A stretch of DNA of 32,000 nucleotides from Synechocystis sp. PCC 6803 substr. PCC-P (GTDB lineage: Bacteria > Cyanobacteriota > Cyanobacteriia > Cyanobacteriales > Microcystaceae), in contig NC_017039.1 in assembly GCF_000284455.1 (NCBI RefSeq), positions 2,550,001 to 2,582,000 of the forward strand, read 5' to 3'. Shown here one piece after another: positions 25,280 to 32,000 of this stretch (position 1 is the first letter of the stretch; the number at the start of each line of letters is the position of its first letter). Under the pieces are notes generated by a model. The model searched no databases and had not been told where the DNA came from. It saw nothing but the letters and a program-made list of their open reading frames with translations. Made by a program: the position numbers and the translations under genes.

Positions 25280-25870
25280 TTGATTCTGGTCATAGATAAC
25301 TACGACAGTTTTACCTACAACCTCGTTCAGTATTTAGGCGAATTGGGGCAGAAATACGCCGTAGCCGAAGATCTGAAGGTGTATCGCAACGATCAAATTA
25401 GCCTCGAAGAAGTTAAATCCCTCCAGCCCGATGCCATTGTTATTTCCCCCGGCCCTGGCCGTCCCGATGACGCGGGCATTTCCCTCCAGTTAATTGAAAA
25501 GCTCAGCGCCTCCACGCCGATTTTAGGCGTTTGCCTGGGGCACCAGAGTATTGGCCAAGTATTTGGGGGCAAGGTGGTGGCCGCCCCGGAATTGATGCAC
25601 GGCAAAACTTCCCAGATCTACCATCAACAACAGGGCATTTTTGCTGGTCTAGCCAGTCCCGTGCAAGCAACCCGTTACCACAGTCTGATCGTTGAGCGGG
25701 AGAGTTTGCCGGAGTGCCTGGAGGTGACGGCCTGGTTGGCCGACGGCATGGTAATGGCTTTTCAGCACCGGGACTATCCCCATGTGCAGAGTGTGCAATT
25801 CCATCCGGAAAGTATTCTCACGAAGGAAGGGAAGCAAATGCTGGAAAACTTTCTGCAGAGTCTCGGTTAG
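25280..25870 (+). CDS. trpG: anthranilate / aminodeoxychorismate synthase component II (class I glutamine amidotransferase)
   Basis: TTG start. [19 protein letters not shown], catalytic Cys in GVCLGHQ, and His/Glu in QFHPES. Confidence 0.9.
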   Translation: MILVIDNYDSFTYNLVQYLGELGQKYAVAEDLKVYRNDQISLEEVKSLQPDAIVISPGPGRPDDAGISLQLIEKLSASTPILGVCLGHQSIGQVFGGKVVAAPELMHGKTSQIYHQQQGIFAGLASPVQATRYHSLIVERESLPECLEVTAWLADGMVMAFQHRDYPHVQSVQFHPESILTKEGKQMLENFLQSLG

Positions 25871-26013
25871 GAACTTTCCTCTCAATTCGGCCTAAGTCGG
25901 TCAAGGTTTAACCCCCAACCAAGTTACCCCCATTGTTCCATGGCATTCCTAGCCCCAAGGGTGATAGGCTGGGTCAGTGTTTTTGGGTACGCTAGTCAAC
26001 CTTTGAATCATCT

Positions 26014-26988
26014 ATGTCTGACACACAAAATACCGGCCAAAACCAAGCCAAGGCTCGGCAGTTACTGGGCATGAAGGGGGCCGCCCCGGGGGAAAGTTCC
26101 ATTTGGAAAATTCGTCTTCAGTTGATGAAGCCCATCACTTGGATTCCCCTGATCTGGGGGGTGGTCTGTGGGGCCGCTTCTTCCGGGGGCTACATCTGGT
26201 CAGTGGAGGATTTCCTTAAAGCCCTCACCTGTATGTTGTTGTCCGGCCCGTTAATGACCGGTTATACCCAAACCCTCAATGATTTTTACGACCGGGACAT
26301 CGACGCCATCAATGAACCCTACCGACCTATTCCTTCCGGGGCCATTTCCGTGCCCCAGGTGGTGACCCAAATTTTAATTCTGTTGGTGGCTGGTATTGGC
26401 GTTGCCTACGGCTTGGACGTGTGGGCCCAGCACGATTTTCCCATTATGATGGTGCTCACCTTGGGGGGAGCCTTTGTTGCTTATATTTACTCTGCACCAC
26501 CGTTGAAGCTAAAACAAAATGGCTGGTTGGGTAACTATGCTCTGGGGGCTAGCTACATTGCCCTACCGTGGTGGGCGGGCCATGCTCTGTTTGGCACCCT
26601 CAATCCCACCATTATGGTCTTGACCCTAATTTATAGCTTGGCTGGTTTGGGCATTGCGGTGGTTAACGATTTCAAAAGTGTGGAAGGCGATCGCCAATTG
26701 GGGCTCAAGTCCTTGCCGGTGATGTTTGGTATCGGGACAGCAGCTTGGATCTGCGTGATCATGATCGACGTTTTCCAAGCGGGTATTGCGGGATACCTGA
26801 TTTATGTTCACCAACAGCTTTATGCCACCATTGTGTTGCTATTGCTCATTCCCCAGATAACTTTTCAGGATATGTATTTTCTCCGTAATCCCCTGGAAAA
26901 TGATGTCAAATACCAAGCCAGTGCCCAGCCATTTCTAGTTTTTGGTATGTTAGCCACCGGTCTGGCCCTAGGCCATGCGGGGATTTGA
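26014..26988 (+). CDS. chlG: chlorophyll a synthase (UbiA prenyltransferase family)
   Basis: NDFYDRDIDAINEPYRPIPSG (N...D...D) and the second Asp-rich motif context VNDFKSVEGD. About 9 TM segments. 324 aa, typical of ChlG. Confidence 0.93.
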   Translation: MSDTQNTGQNQAKARQLLGMKGAAPGESSIWKIRLQLMKPITWIPLIWGVVCGAASSGGYIWSVEDFLKALTCMLLSGPLMTGYTQTLNDFYDRDIDAINEPYRPIPSGAISVPQVVTQILILLVAGIGVAYGLDVWAQHDFPIMMVLTLGGAFVAYIYSAPPLKLKQNGWLGNYALGASYIALPWWAGHALFGTLNPTIMVLTLIYSLAGLGIAVVNDFKSVEGDRQLGLKSLPVMFGIGTAAWICVIMIDVFQAGIAGYLIYVHQQLYATIVLLLLIPQITFQDMYFLRNPLENDVKYQASAQPFLVFGMLATGLALGHAGI

Positions 26989-27033
26989 ACTCTCTAACTG
27001 AAAGATTAAATCACGCTCAAAAAGCGTGCAATT

Positions 27034-27077
27034 CCAAGCCCAGGAAGCTAGCAAAAGAGTAGACCGGGCTTGGTTTT
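27034..27077 (+). terminator. candidate terminator after chlG
   Basis: ccaagccc (27034-27041) pairs with gggcttgg (27066-27073) and is followed by tttt (27074-27077). The 24-nt loop is unusually large, hence the low confidence. Confidence 0.35.
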
Positions 27078-27134
27078 ACTATTCAATGGGAGAAATGGTT
27101 GGTCAATTATCCCCGGCGATCGCCGTCCTAAAAT

Positions 27135-27971
27135 CTAAAGGGGATCAACCCGCACCACATTGGTTTGGTCAATGTTGAACCATTCCTGGAGCAAATCATG
27201 GTTTTCCGTGCTAGAAATTACTTCATCCACAAAGCGTTTCCAGTCTCCGTCCCCCTGGGGCAGAATGCAAGCGTAAAGTTCCGTGGTAATGGGTTGATAA
27301 GGTCCTAGAGCGTATTCAGCTGGGTTTTTGCCCTGTTTAAGCAGTTCCCCCACTAGCAAAATGCCATCGCTGACAACGGCCTTCACCTGGCCCCCATCCA
27401 ATTTAGCAATGCCTTCCTCCCGGTCTTGCACTGGCACCCACTGGGCTAGGGGATAAATTTTGGGGATGATATCAAAGGTGGTGGTGTTTTGAATGTAGGC
27501 AATGGGAATGCCCTCCAGGGTGCCATTAATGTTAAAGCCCTCCACACTGCCTTGTTTCATCAAAAACTTGGCCCCGGAAATAAAGAATGGAGCTGAAAAA
27601 TCCACTAATTCCAACCGATCTTGGGTAATGGTGGTGGCTTCACAAACTATATCCAATTCCCCACTGGCGATCGCCTCAAAACGACTCTGGAGGTCAACCC
27701 TATCTAAATCAACCGTAATGGTCTTACCCATCTCTTCTGCCAACTTCAAGGCAATTAAGGCCATTAAATCAACCCCATAACCCTCCATTTCCCCATTGGC
27801 CATCTCAAAACCAAACGGGACAGCATCGGTGCGGGTTCCAGCCCGTAATTCCCCCGTGCGGGCCACCCTCTCCAACACAGTTTCCGCCTGGACCGGGGCG
27901 ATCGCCACCAGGCCAGTGGTAAAGGTCAAAGCCAACCAAGTAAAAGCACTTTTGAGCAACATAAATTTCAA
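27135..27971 (-). CDS. ABC transporter periplasmic polar amino-acid binding protein (SBP family 3)
   Basis: Signal peptide MKFMLLKSAFTWLALTFTTGLVAIAPVQA. GYGVDL and D.VCEATTIT.DR motifs are typical of His/Gln/Arg-type binding proteins. Confidence 0.85.
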   Translation of the reverse strand: MKFMLLKSAFTWLALTFTTGLVAIAPVQAETVLERVARTGELRAGTRTDAVPFGFEMANGEMEGYGVDLMALIALKLAEEMGKTITVDLDRVDLQSRFEAIASGELDIVCEATTITQDRLELVDFSAPFFISGAKFLMKQGSVEGFNINGTLEGIPIAYIQNTTTFDIIPKIYPLAQWVPVQDREEGIAKLDGGQVKAVVSDGILLVGELLKQGKNPAEYALGPYQPITTELYACILPQGDGDWKRFVDEVISSTENHDLLQEWFNIDQTNVVRVDPL

Positions 27972-28117
27972 TCCTTAAATTCGCTTGAATTTACTAAGGG
28001 TTTATCCAGGCTCAGGGTAGCGCAATTAGTTCGCTTGGGCCCAGATAAAATCCCATAGGAGACTGAAAATGTTCTAAAACGGCATAATCCCCGGGAACAT
28101 TTACCAAGAAATCAATC

Positions 28118-28384
28118 TCAAAAAGTGTTTTTATGTAACTTTGCCAACACGTCATAGGCCTTAAAATCCCCGGCCCGGCGTAGAAACCTCAGGCGATTTT
28201 CAATTAATAGTTTGGCATCCGCCCTGGTAATGGGTTCAAATTGGGTATTGTTCGGCGTCGTTTTTACCAAAAAAAATAACCTTTGGGCATAAAGGGTAGT
28301 AAAAATCTCCTGATTATCATCCAAGAAACAAATCTGATACAAAAGCCCGAAGGTCGGATGGTTAAGGTAAATTTCGTTACTCAT
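28118..28384 (-). CDS. pipX: PII-interacting protein PipX
   Basis: YLNHPTFGLLYQIC....FTTLYAQRLFFLV....FEPI.R.DAK.L.ENRLR.LRR is the PipX signature, recalled from the S. elongatus and Synechocystis proteins. Start taken at ATG 28384 (MSNEIYLNHP). The ORF track extends 12 codons upstream to 28420. Confidence 0.9.
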   Translation of the reverse strand: MSNEIYLNHPTFGLLYQICFLDDNQEIFTTLYAQRLFFLVKTTPNNTQFEPITRADAKLLIENRLRFLRRAGDFKAYDVLAKLHKNTF

Positions 28385-28536
28385 TGAGATCGGGGAGTTA
28401 GGGCAAGGACAAATTGCCAACCGAGATGGCTGTCACTGGCTAGAGAAATCTTACCCCTTCCTGTCCCTCCTTAAGCCGTTGGCACGAATTAACCTCAAAT
28501 TTGCTGTAGTTTTTGATACGGACCGATCCATAGGCA

Positions 28537-29724
28537 CTAAGGCCGGGGGGGCAGTGGTTGCACTTCTTCCTGGTTTTTAAAGTACAAAGGGTCTTGATTA
28601 TGGTCTGGGGCTGGCACCAAGGGCTTCATGCTGCGGATTGCTCCCAGGGCCTCCTTAATCATCACAGCCGAAGGCACAGCCACTATTACCCCCAGTAGTC
28701 CGCCGATTCTGGCCCCGGTTAACAGGGAAATCAAGACCCAAAAGGGATTTAATCCTGTCACACTGCCCAGTACCCTGGGGGCAATGCCATTTTCAACAAT
28801 TTGCTGGATCACTAGAGCCACCGCCAGCAGTTGCAACGCCATGCCAATGTCCCGCAGAGCTACCAAAAAAGTAACCAGCACAATGCCCACCGACCCACCA
28901 AAAGGAATTAGGGCCATTACTCCCACCGTGAGGCCAAAAAGTAAGCCAAAGGGAACTTTGAGCAGTAAAAAGCCAGAAATCAGCCCCAGGGCCATGCAGG
29001 TGGCGGACACCAATTGGCCGAGGAAATAGTTTTGGAAACTGCGGCGTAGAGTATCAGAAAAAGGTTTTTGGAAACGCTCTGGCAACCAACCTATGATGCT
29101 TTGCCAAACATCGTCGGTGTGGAGGAGGAGATAAAAGGTCAAAATTATCGTCAACAGTACGTCCAGCAAACGCACTACGGTGAAGACGGTCAAGCTTAGG
29201 GCGAGGTTGAGGGTGCTGCCAGCCAAGTTTTGTAATTCGGCCGCTAGGCGGCTGTTAATTTGGGGAATAAGACCATCAAAATTGACCGGCCAACCAAGAA
29301 TCTCTGCCTTTTGATCCAACAATACCAATTGTTTCTGCCCCGAATCGAGCCAATCCGGTAGGCGGGCCACCAGTTGTTGGGCTTGGGATAGGGCGAGGGG
29401 AATGAGGGTTACCCCCAGGGCGGTGAAAATAATCAGGGCGGTGAGGAAAACAAAACTAGCCGCCACAAAACGTTTAGCCCCTTGTTTTTCTAGCCAGGCC
29501 ACCGGGTAGTTGAGTAAAAAGGCGATGACGGAGGCAATGAGGCTAATAACAAAAAGGGATTCAAAATAACCAAAAATCGAGGACAGGGCCCTGGCATTGA
29601 GCACCATTAACGGGGCCCCCAGTACTAACACTAATAGGCGGGTGATGGCATTGAGGGAATTCCACCATTTGAACAACCAATTTTGCGGCGGGGGACTGGG
29701 ATGATTGTTGGCTGGTTCTGTCAT
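28537..29724 (-). CDS. AI-2E family transporter (UPF0118 / PerM-like)
   Basis: 395 aa with about 8 TM segments. Conserved C-terminal blocks (IPFGGSVG, GLNPFWVLISLLTGARIGGLLGVIVAVP) are typical of the AI-2E/PerM family. Confidence 0.85.
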   Translation of the reverse strand: MTEPANNHPSPPPQNWLFKWWNSLNAITRLLVLVLGAPLMVLNARALSSIFGYFESLFVISLIASVIAFLLNYPVAWLEKQGAKRFVAASFVFLTALIIFTALGVTLIPLALSQAQQLVARLPDWLDSGQKQLVLLDQKAEILGWPVNFDGLIPQINSRLAAELQNLAGSTLNLALSLTVFTVVRLLDVLLTIILTFYLLLHTDDVWQSIIGWLPERFQKPFSDTLRRSFQNYFLGQLVSATCMALGLISGFLLLKVPFGLLFGLTVGVMALIPFGGSVGIVLVTFLVALRDIGMALQLLAVALVIQQIVENGIAPRVLGSVTGLNPFWVLISLLTGARIGGLLGVIVAVPSAVMIKEALGAIRSMKPLVPAPDHNQDPLYFKNQEEVQPLPPRP

Positions 29725-29770
29725 AGTTGGCGGTCTCGCAGAGAGCCTCGATCCAGGGGTCGTGGGAGTG

Positions 29771-30220
29771 TCAAATCTTTAAGGTCTGGGGCCATTTAGC
29801 TTTGATTGTTTCCCTCAATCCGGAGTGACAAAATTTTTGCCATTGGGAAGAGTATCGCCAAAACAGGGTAGCTAAGCTCCCACAGGAGAGGGAAAGCCCC
29901 AACAAAATAAAGGTGACTGGGGTAATGACCCCAATACTGAACCAAGAAGCAACGTGGAGCACCATTACTCCACAGACGGTGAGGGTGGCAACGTAGGCAG
30001 TGTTAACTGACCAGCGGGGTTGCCCTAGGGCAATTAAAACGGCGCAAATGGTGGTCCAGAGTAAAATTGACGGTACCAGGGCGGCGCAAATGCCAACGCA
30101 GTGGCCTCGGGAAAAATCAGCTAACCAGGTAATCAAATTCATACTCTCAAAAAAAAGTTCGGCGGCGATCGCCCATAGGACCGTGCCGCCCATTATATAG
30201 CAACAGCCCAAGGAGGGCAT
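29771..30220 (-). CDS. hypothetical 4-TM membrane protein
   Basis: ORF with four hydrophobic helices. The start is ambiguous, with in-frame Met at codons 1, 10 and 27. No family recognised. Confidence 0.5.
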   Translation of the reverse strand: MPSLGCCYIMGGTVLWAIAAELFFESMNLITWLADFSRGHCVGICAALVPSILLWTTICAVLIALGQPRWSVNTAYVATLTVCGVMVLHVASWFSIGVITPVTFILLGLSLSCGSLATLFWRYSSQWQKFCHSGLRETIKAKWPQTLKI

Positions 30221-30372
30221 GGCAGTGGACTGGGGGCACCCAGAACTGAAAATTTAAAACGTTCACGATGGTTTTTGCTATGGTTGACGAGAAGGGCAAG
30301 GAGCAATGGAGTCGCCATTCTTCGCCTCAACTTTCGGCAAATTTTCAACTTTGTTCAATCCCGCAACCTTCC

Positions 30373-30696
30373 ATGGATACAAACGACTGGCTTAAACAAC
30401 TCTTGATGATCGGTGTTGGCACCACCACCCTCGTGGCGGAAAAACTCAGCGATGTGAGTGATCAATGGGTGAAGGAAGGCAAAATTAACGCCGACCAGGC
30501 CACCGCTTTTGTGGATGATTTGATGAACCAAATCAAAAACGAGCAGGGACAAATTGAAGCAAATCTGGAAAGACAACTGCGCAATATGCTCCAGGATTTG
30601 GGCCTACCCCGTCAGTCGGAAATGGACGAGTTGCGGGGACGTATAGATCGCCTAGAACGACAAATCCGTGACCTGGAAAATCAGCGTTGGCGTTAA
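30373..30696 (+). CDS. phasin-like coiled-coil protein (107 aa from ATG 30373)
   Basis: MDTNDWLKQLLMIGVGTTTLVAEKLSDVSDQWVKEGK....DELRGRIDRLERQIRDLE resembles PHA-granule-associated (phasin-family) proteins. From memory it corresponds to Slr0058 of Synechocystis 6803. The upstream 35 codons of the ORF look non-native. Confidence 0.7.
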   Translation: MDTNDWLKQLLMIGVGTTTLVAEKLSDVSDQWVKEGKINADQATAFVDDLMNQIKNEQGQIEANLERQLRNMLQDLGLPRQSEMDELRGRIDRLERQIRDLENQRWR

Positions 30697-30757
30697 CCCT
30701 GGGTGGGGCCCATTGGCCCTGGTGAACAGTGACAAAACAATTGCACGATAGAGTTTA

Positions 30758-30830
30758 TGGAGAATAGGGAACTCGAATCCCTGACCTCTGCGGTGCGATC
30801 GCAGCGCTCTACCAACTGAGCTAATTCCCC
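30758..30830 (-). tRNA. tRNA-Ala (anticodon CGC), CCA not encoded
   Basis: The reverse complement folds as a cloverleaf: GGGGAAT TA GCTC AGTTGGTA GAGC G CTGCG ATCGCAC CGCAG AGGTC AGGGA TTCGAGT TCCCT ATTCTCC A. The G3:U70 Ala identity pair is present. The anticodon CGC corresponds to plus-strand nt 30795-30797. The 3' flank reads TAA, not CCA. Confidence 0.92.
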
Positions 30831-30856
30831 GAACTGACCCTCCATTCTAGCATTCG

Positions 30857-31162
30857 ATGTTGCTGTTCGTTATCTGTTTTAATTTTGTCCTAGCCCTGGG
30901 CAATGTCTTCTTAGCCGTTAGGCTTTACTTTGTCTATCGACAGTTACAGCAACTCACCAAGCGTTTAGACCATTGGGAAAGCTGTTGCCATAACCTGTTT
31001 GCTCCGGCCCCTGCCCTGTTGACCAATTTGGCCCAAAAAAATCGACATTTACGTCAGCAGTACAATCTCTTGCTAAAACGTTGGTCTTTGATCAAAGGGG
31101 TGTTACAAATTTGGCAGTTGGCTAGTCAGGGTCGCTGGTGGGCGAACTTGGTTAATGATTAG
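30857..31162 (+). CDS. hypothetical small protein with one N-terminal TM helix
   Basis: 101-aa ORF with a TM helix (LLFVICFNFVLALGNVFLAVRLYFVY) and then a basic helical region. It lies between the phasin-like and patatin-like genes. Confidence 0.45.
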   Translation: MLLFVICFNFVLALGNVFLAVRLYFVYRQLQQLTKRLDHWESCCHNLFAPAPALLTNLAQKNRHLRQQYNLLLKRWSLIKGVLQIWQLASQGRWWANLVND

Positions 31163-31236
31163 GGAAAAATTAAGTTTTACAAAAATTTCCTGGCACAGTT
31201 GAAGAAACTTTCAGCAAATTAATCGCAGCAAAACCA

Positions 31237-32000
31237 ATGAAACCCAAAGTGGCGATCGCCTGTCAGGGTGGGGGCAGCCAAACTGCTTTCACCGCCGGTG
31301 TAATGAAGGCTCTGTTCGAGAACAAGATGCAAGACCACTTCGACATTGTGAGTTTGAGTGGTACTTCTGGAGGCGCTATTTGTGCCCTACTAATTTGGTA
31401 TGCCCTGAAAAAAGGAGAAAATCCGGTCTGGAAAAGATTGCTTGATTTTTGGCTGGATAACAGTGCCCAAACCTATCAGGAAAGATTTTTTAATGATTTT
31501 GTCATTAGGTCTCTGGAGTTGACCAGCAAAGGCATCGTTCCCCAGTATAGTGTGACTCCCTATTCTCCCCTAGCCCAGACCTGGTTAGCTTCGGCTACCC
31601 AAGGGTTACGGAGTCGCTTTATCAATTTAGAAGAATTGTTACAGGTTCATGTCGATTTTTCAGAGTTAGCAACTTGGGGCAAGCAATTAGAGCCCCCGGT
31701 ACTTTTAATTGGAGCTTGCAATATTCTGACGGGAAAACTAGATAAGTTTAATTCTCGCCAGGAAGCCATAAGAATAGAGCATCTGCTTGCTTCGGCCTGT
31801 GTGCCAAATATTTTTCCCACCGTTGTTATTGAAGAAGAGGGTGAAAAAAAAGCTTACTGGGATGGCTTATTTTCTGATAATCCTCCCATTCGTTCTTTAT
31901 ACAGGCAAGATTTTGTCGGTATTGAGAACATTCCCCAGGAAATTTGGGTAATTAAAATTAATCCGACCCAGACCGATAAAATTCCCACCGATGCCGATGA
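31237..32000 (+). CDS. patatin-like phospholipase/esterase (3' end outside window)
   Basis: ATG 31237. Oxyanion motif CQGGGSQTAF. Nucleophile elbow GTSGG (G.S.G). Catalytic Asp context WDGLFSDNPP. The ORF is still open at 32000. Confidence 0.85.
   Translation, partial: MKPKVAIACQGGGSQTAFTAGVMKALFENKMQDHFDIVSLSGTSGGAICALLIWYALKKGENPVWKRLLDFWLDNSAQTYQERFFNDFVIRSLELTSKGIVPQYSVTPYSPLAQTWLASATQGLRSRFINLEELLQVHVDFSELATWGKQLEPPVLLIGACNILTGKLDKFNSRQEAIRIEHLLASACVPNIFPTVVIEEEGEKKAYWDGLFSDNPPIRSLYRQDFVGIENIPQEIWVIKINPTQTDKIPTDAD

Noticed and set aside
30697-30856. tRNA-Ala as an integration site for a genomic island or prophage
   Set aside because: No integrase, no direct repeat of the tRNA 3' end and no phage-like genes are visible on either side. 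Flanking genes have native composition.
1-32000. Possibility of a CRISPR array, suggested by the many repeated GCGATCGC palindromes
   Set aside because: The repeats are only 8 bp, irregularly spaced and mostly inside coding regions. No array of 25-40-bp direct repeats with uniform spacers is visible, and no cas genes are present.

Overview
The window reads as a cyanobacterial chromosome segment and closely resembles Synechocystis sp. PCC 6803. The evidence is the dispersed HIP1 octamer GCGATCGC inside most genes and a cyanobacteria-specific gene set (chlG, pipX, Tat-exported beta-carbonic anhydrase, glcD). From memory only, the gene order matches sll0404/sll0402/sll0401 ... slr0051 ... slr0056, ssl0105, slr0058-slr0060; I could not run a search to confirm this. 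Most of the window is densely packed housekeeping: glcD, aspC-type aminotransferase, gltA, sixA, carboxy(nor)spermidine dehydrogenase-like, thiS, rnz, purU, ecaB-like CA, GST, ilvH, ybeY, dgkA, trpG/pabA, chlG, an amino-acid binding protein, pipX, an AI-2E transporter and tRNA-Ala(CGC). Three stretches look accessory and lack full HIP1 sites. These are 1-1270 (unknown 261-aa protein), 3900-6650 (AT-rich membrane gene, membrane-anchored 7-bladed WD40 protein, three transposase fragments) and 13969-15063 (AT-rich glycosyltransferase-like gene). The best candidate for an undescribed system is at 16802-21318. There a 1239-aa NACHT/STAND P-loop NTPase with about a dozen HEAT repeats and an unassigned C-terminal domain ends 26 nt upstream of an Anbu-type proteasome beta-subunit homologue. 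The accessory genes that usually accompany Anbu are absent. Other unusual items are an XRE-HTH/coiled-coil/GrpE-like fusion protein, an RsbQ/D14-like hydrolase divergent from SixA, and a phasin-like/patatin cluster split by an antisense tRNA. No rRNA, CRISPR array or intact mobile element is visible.
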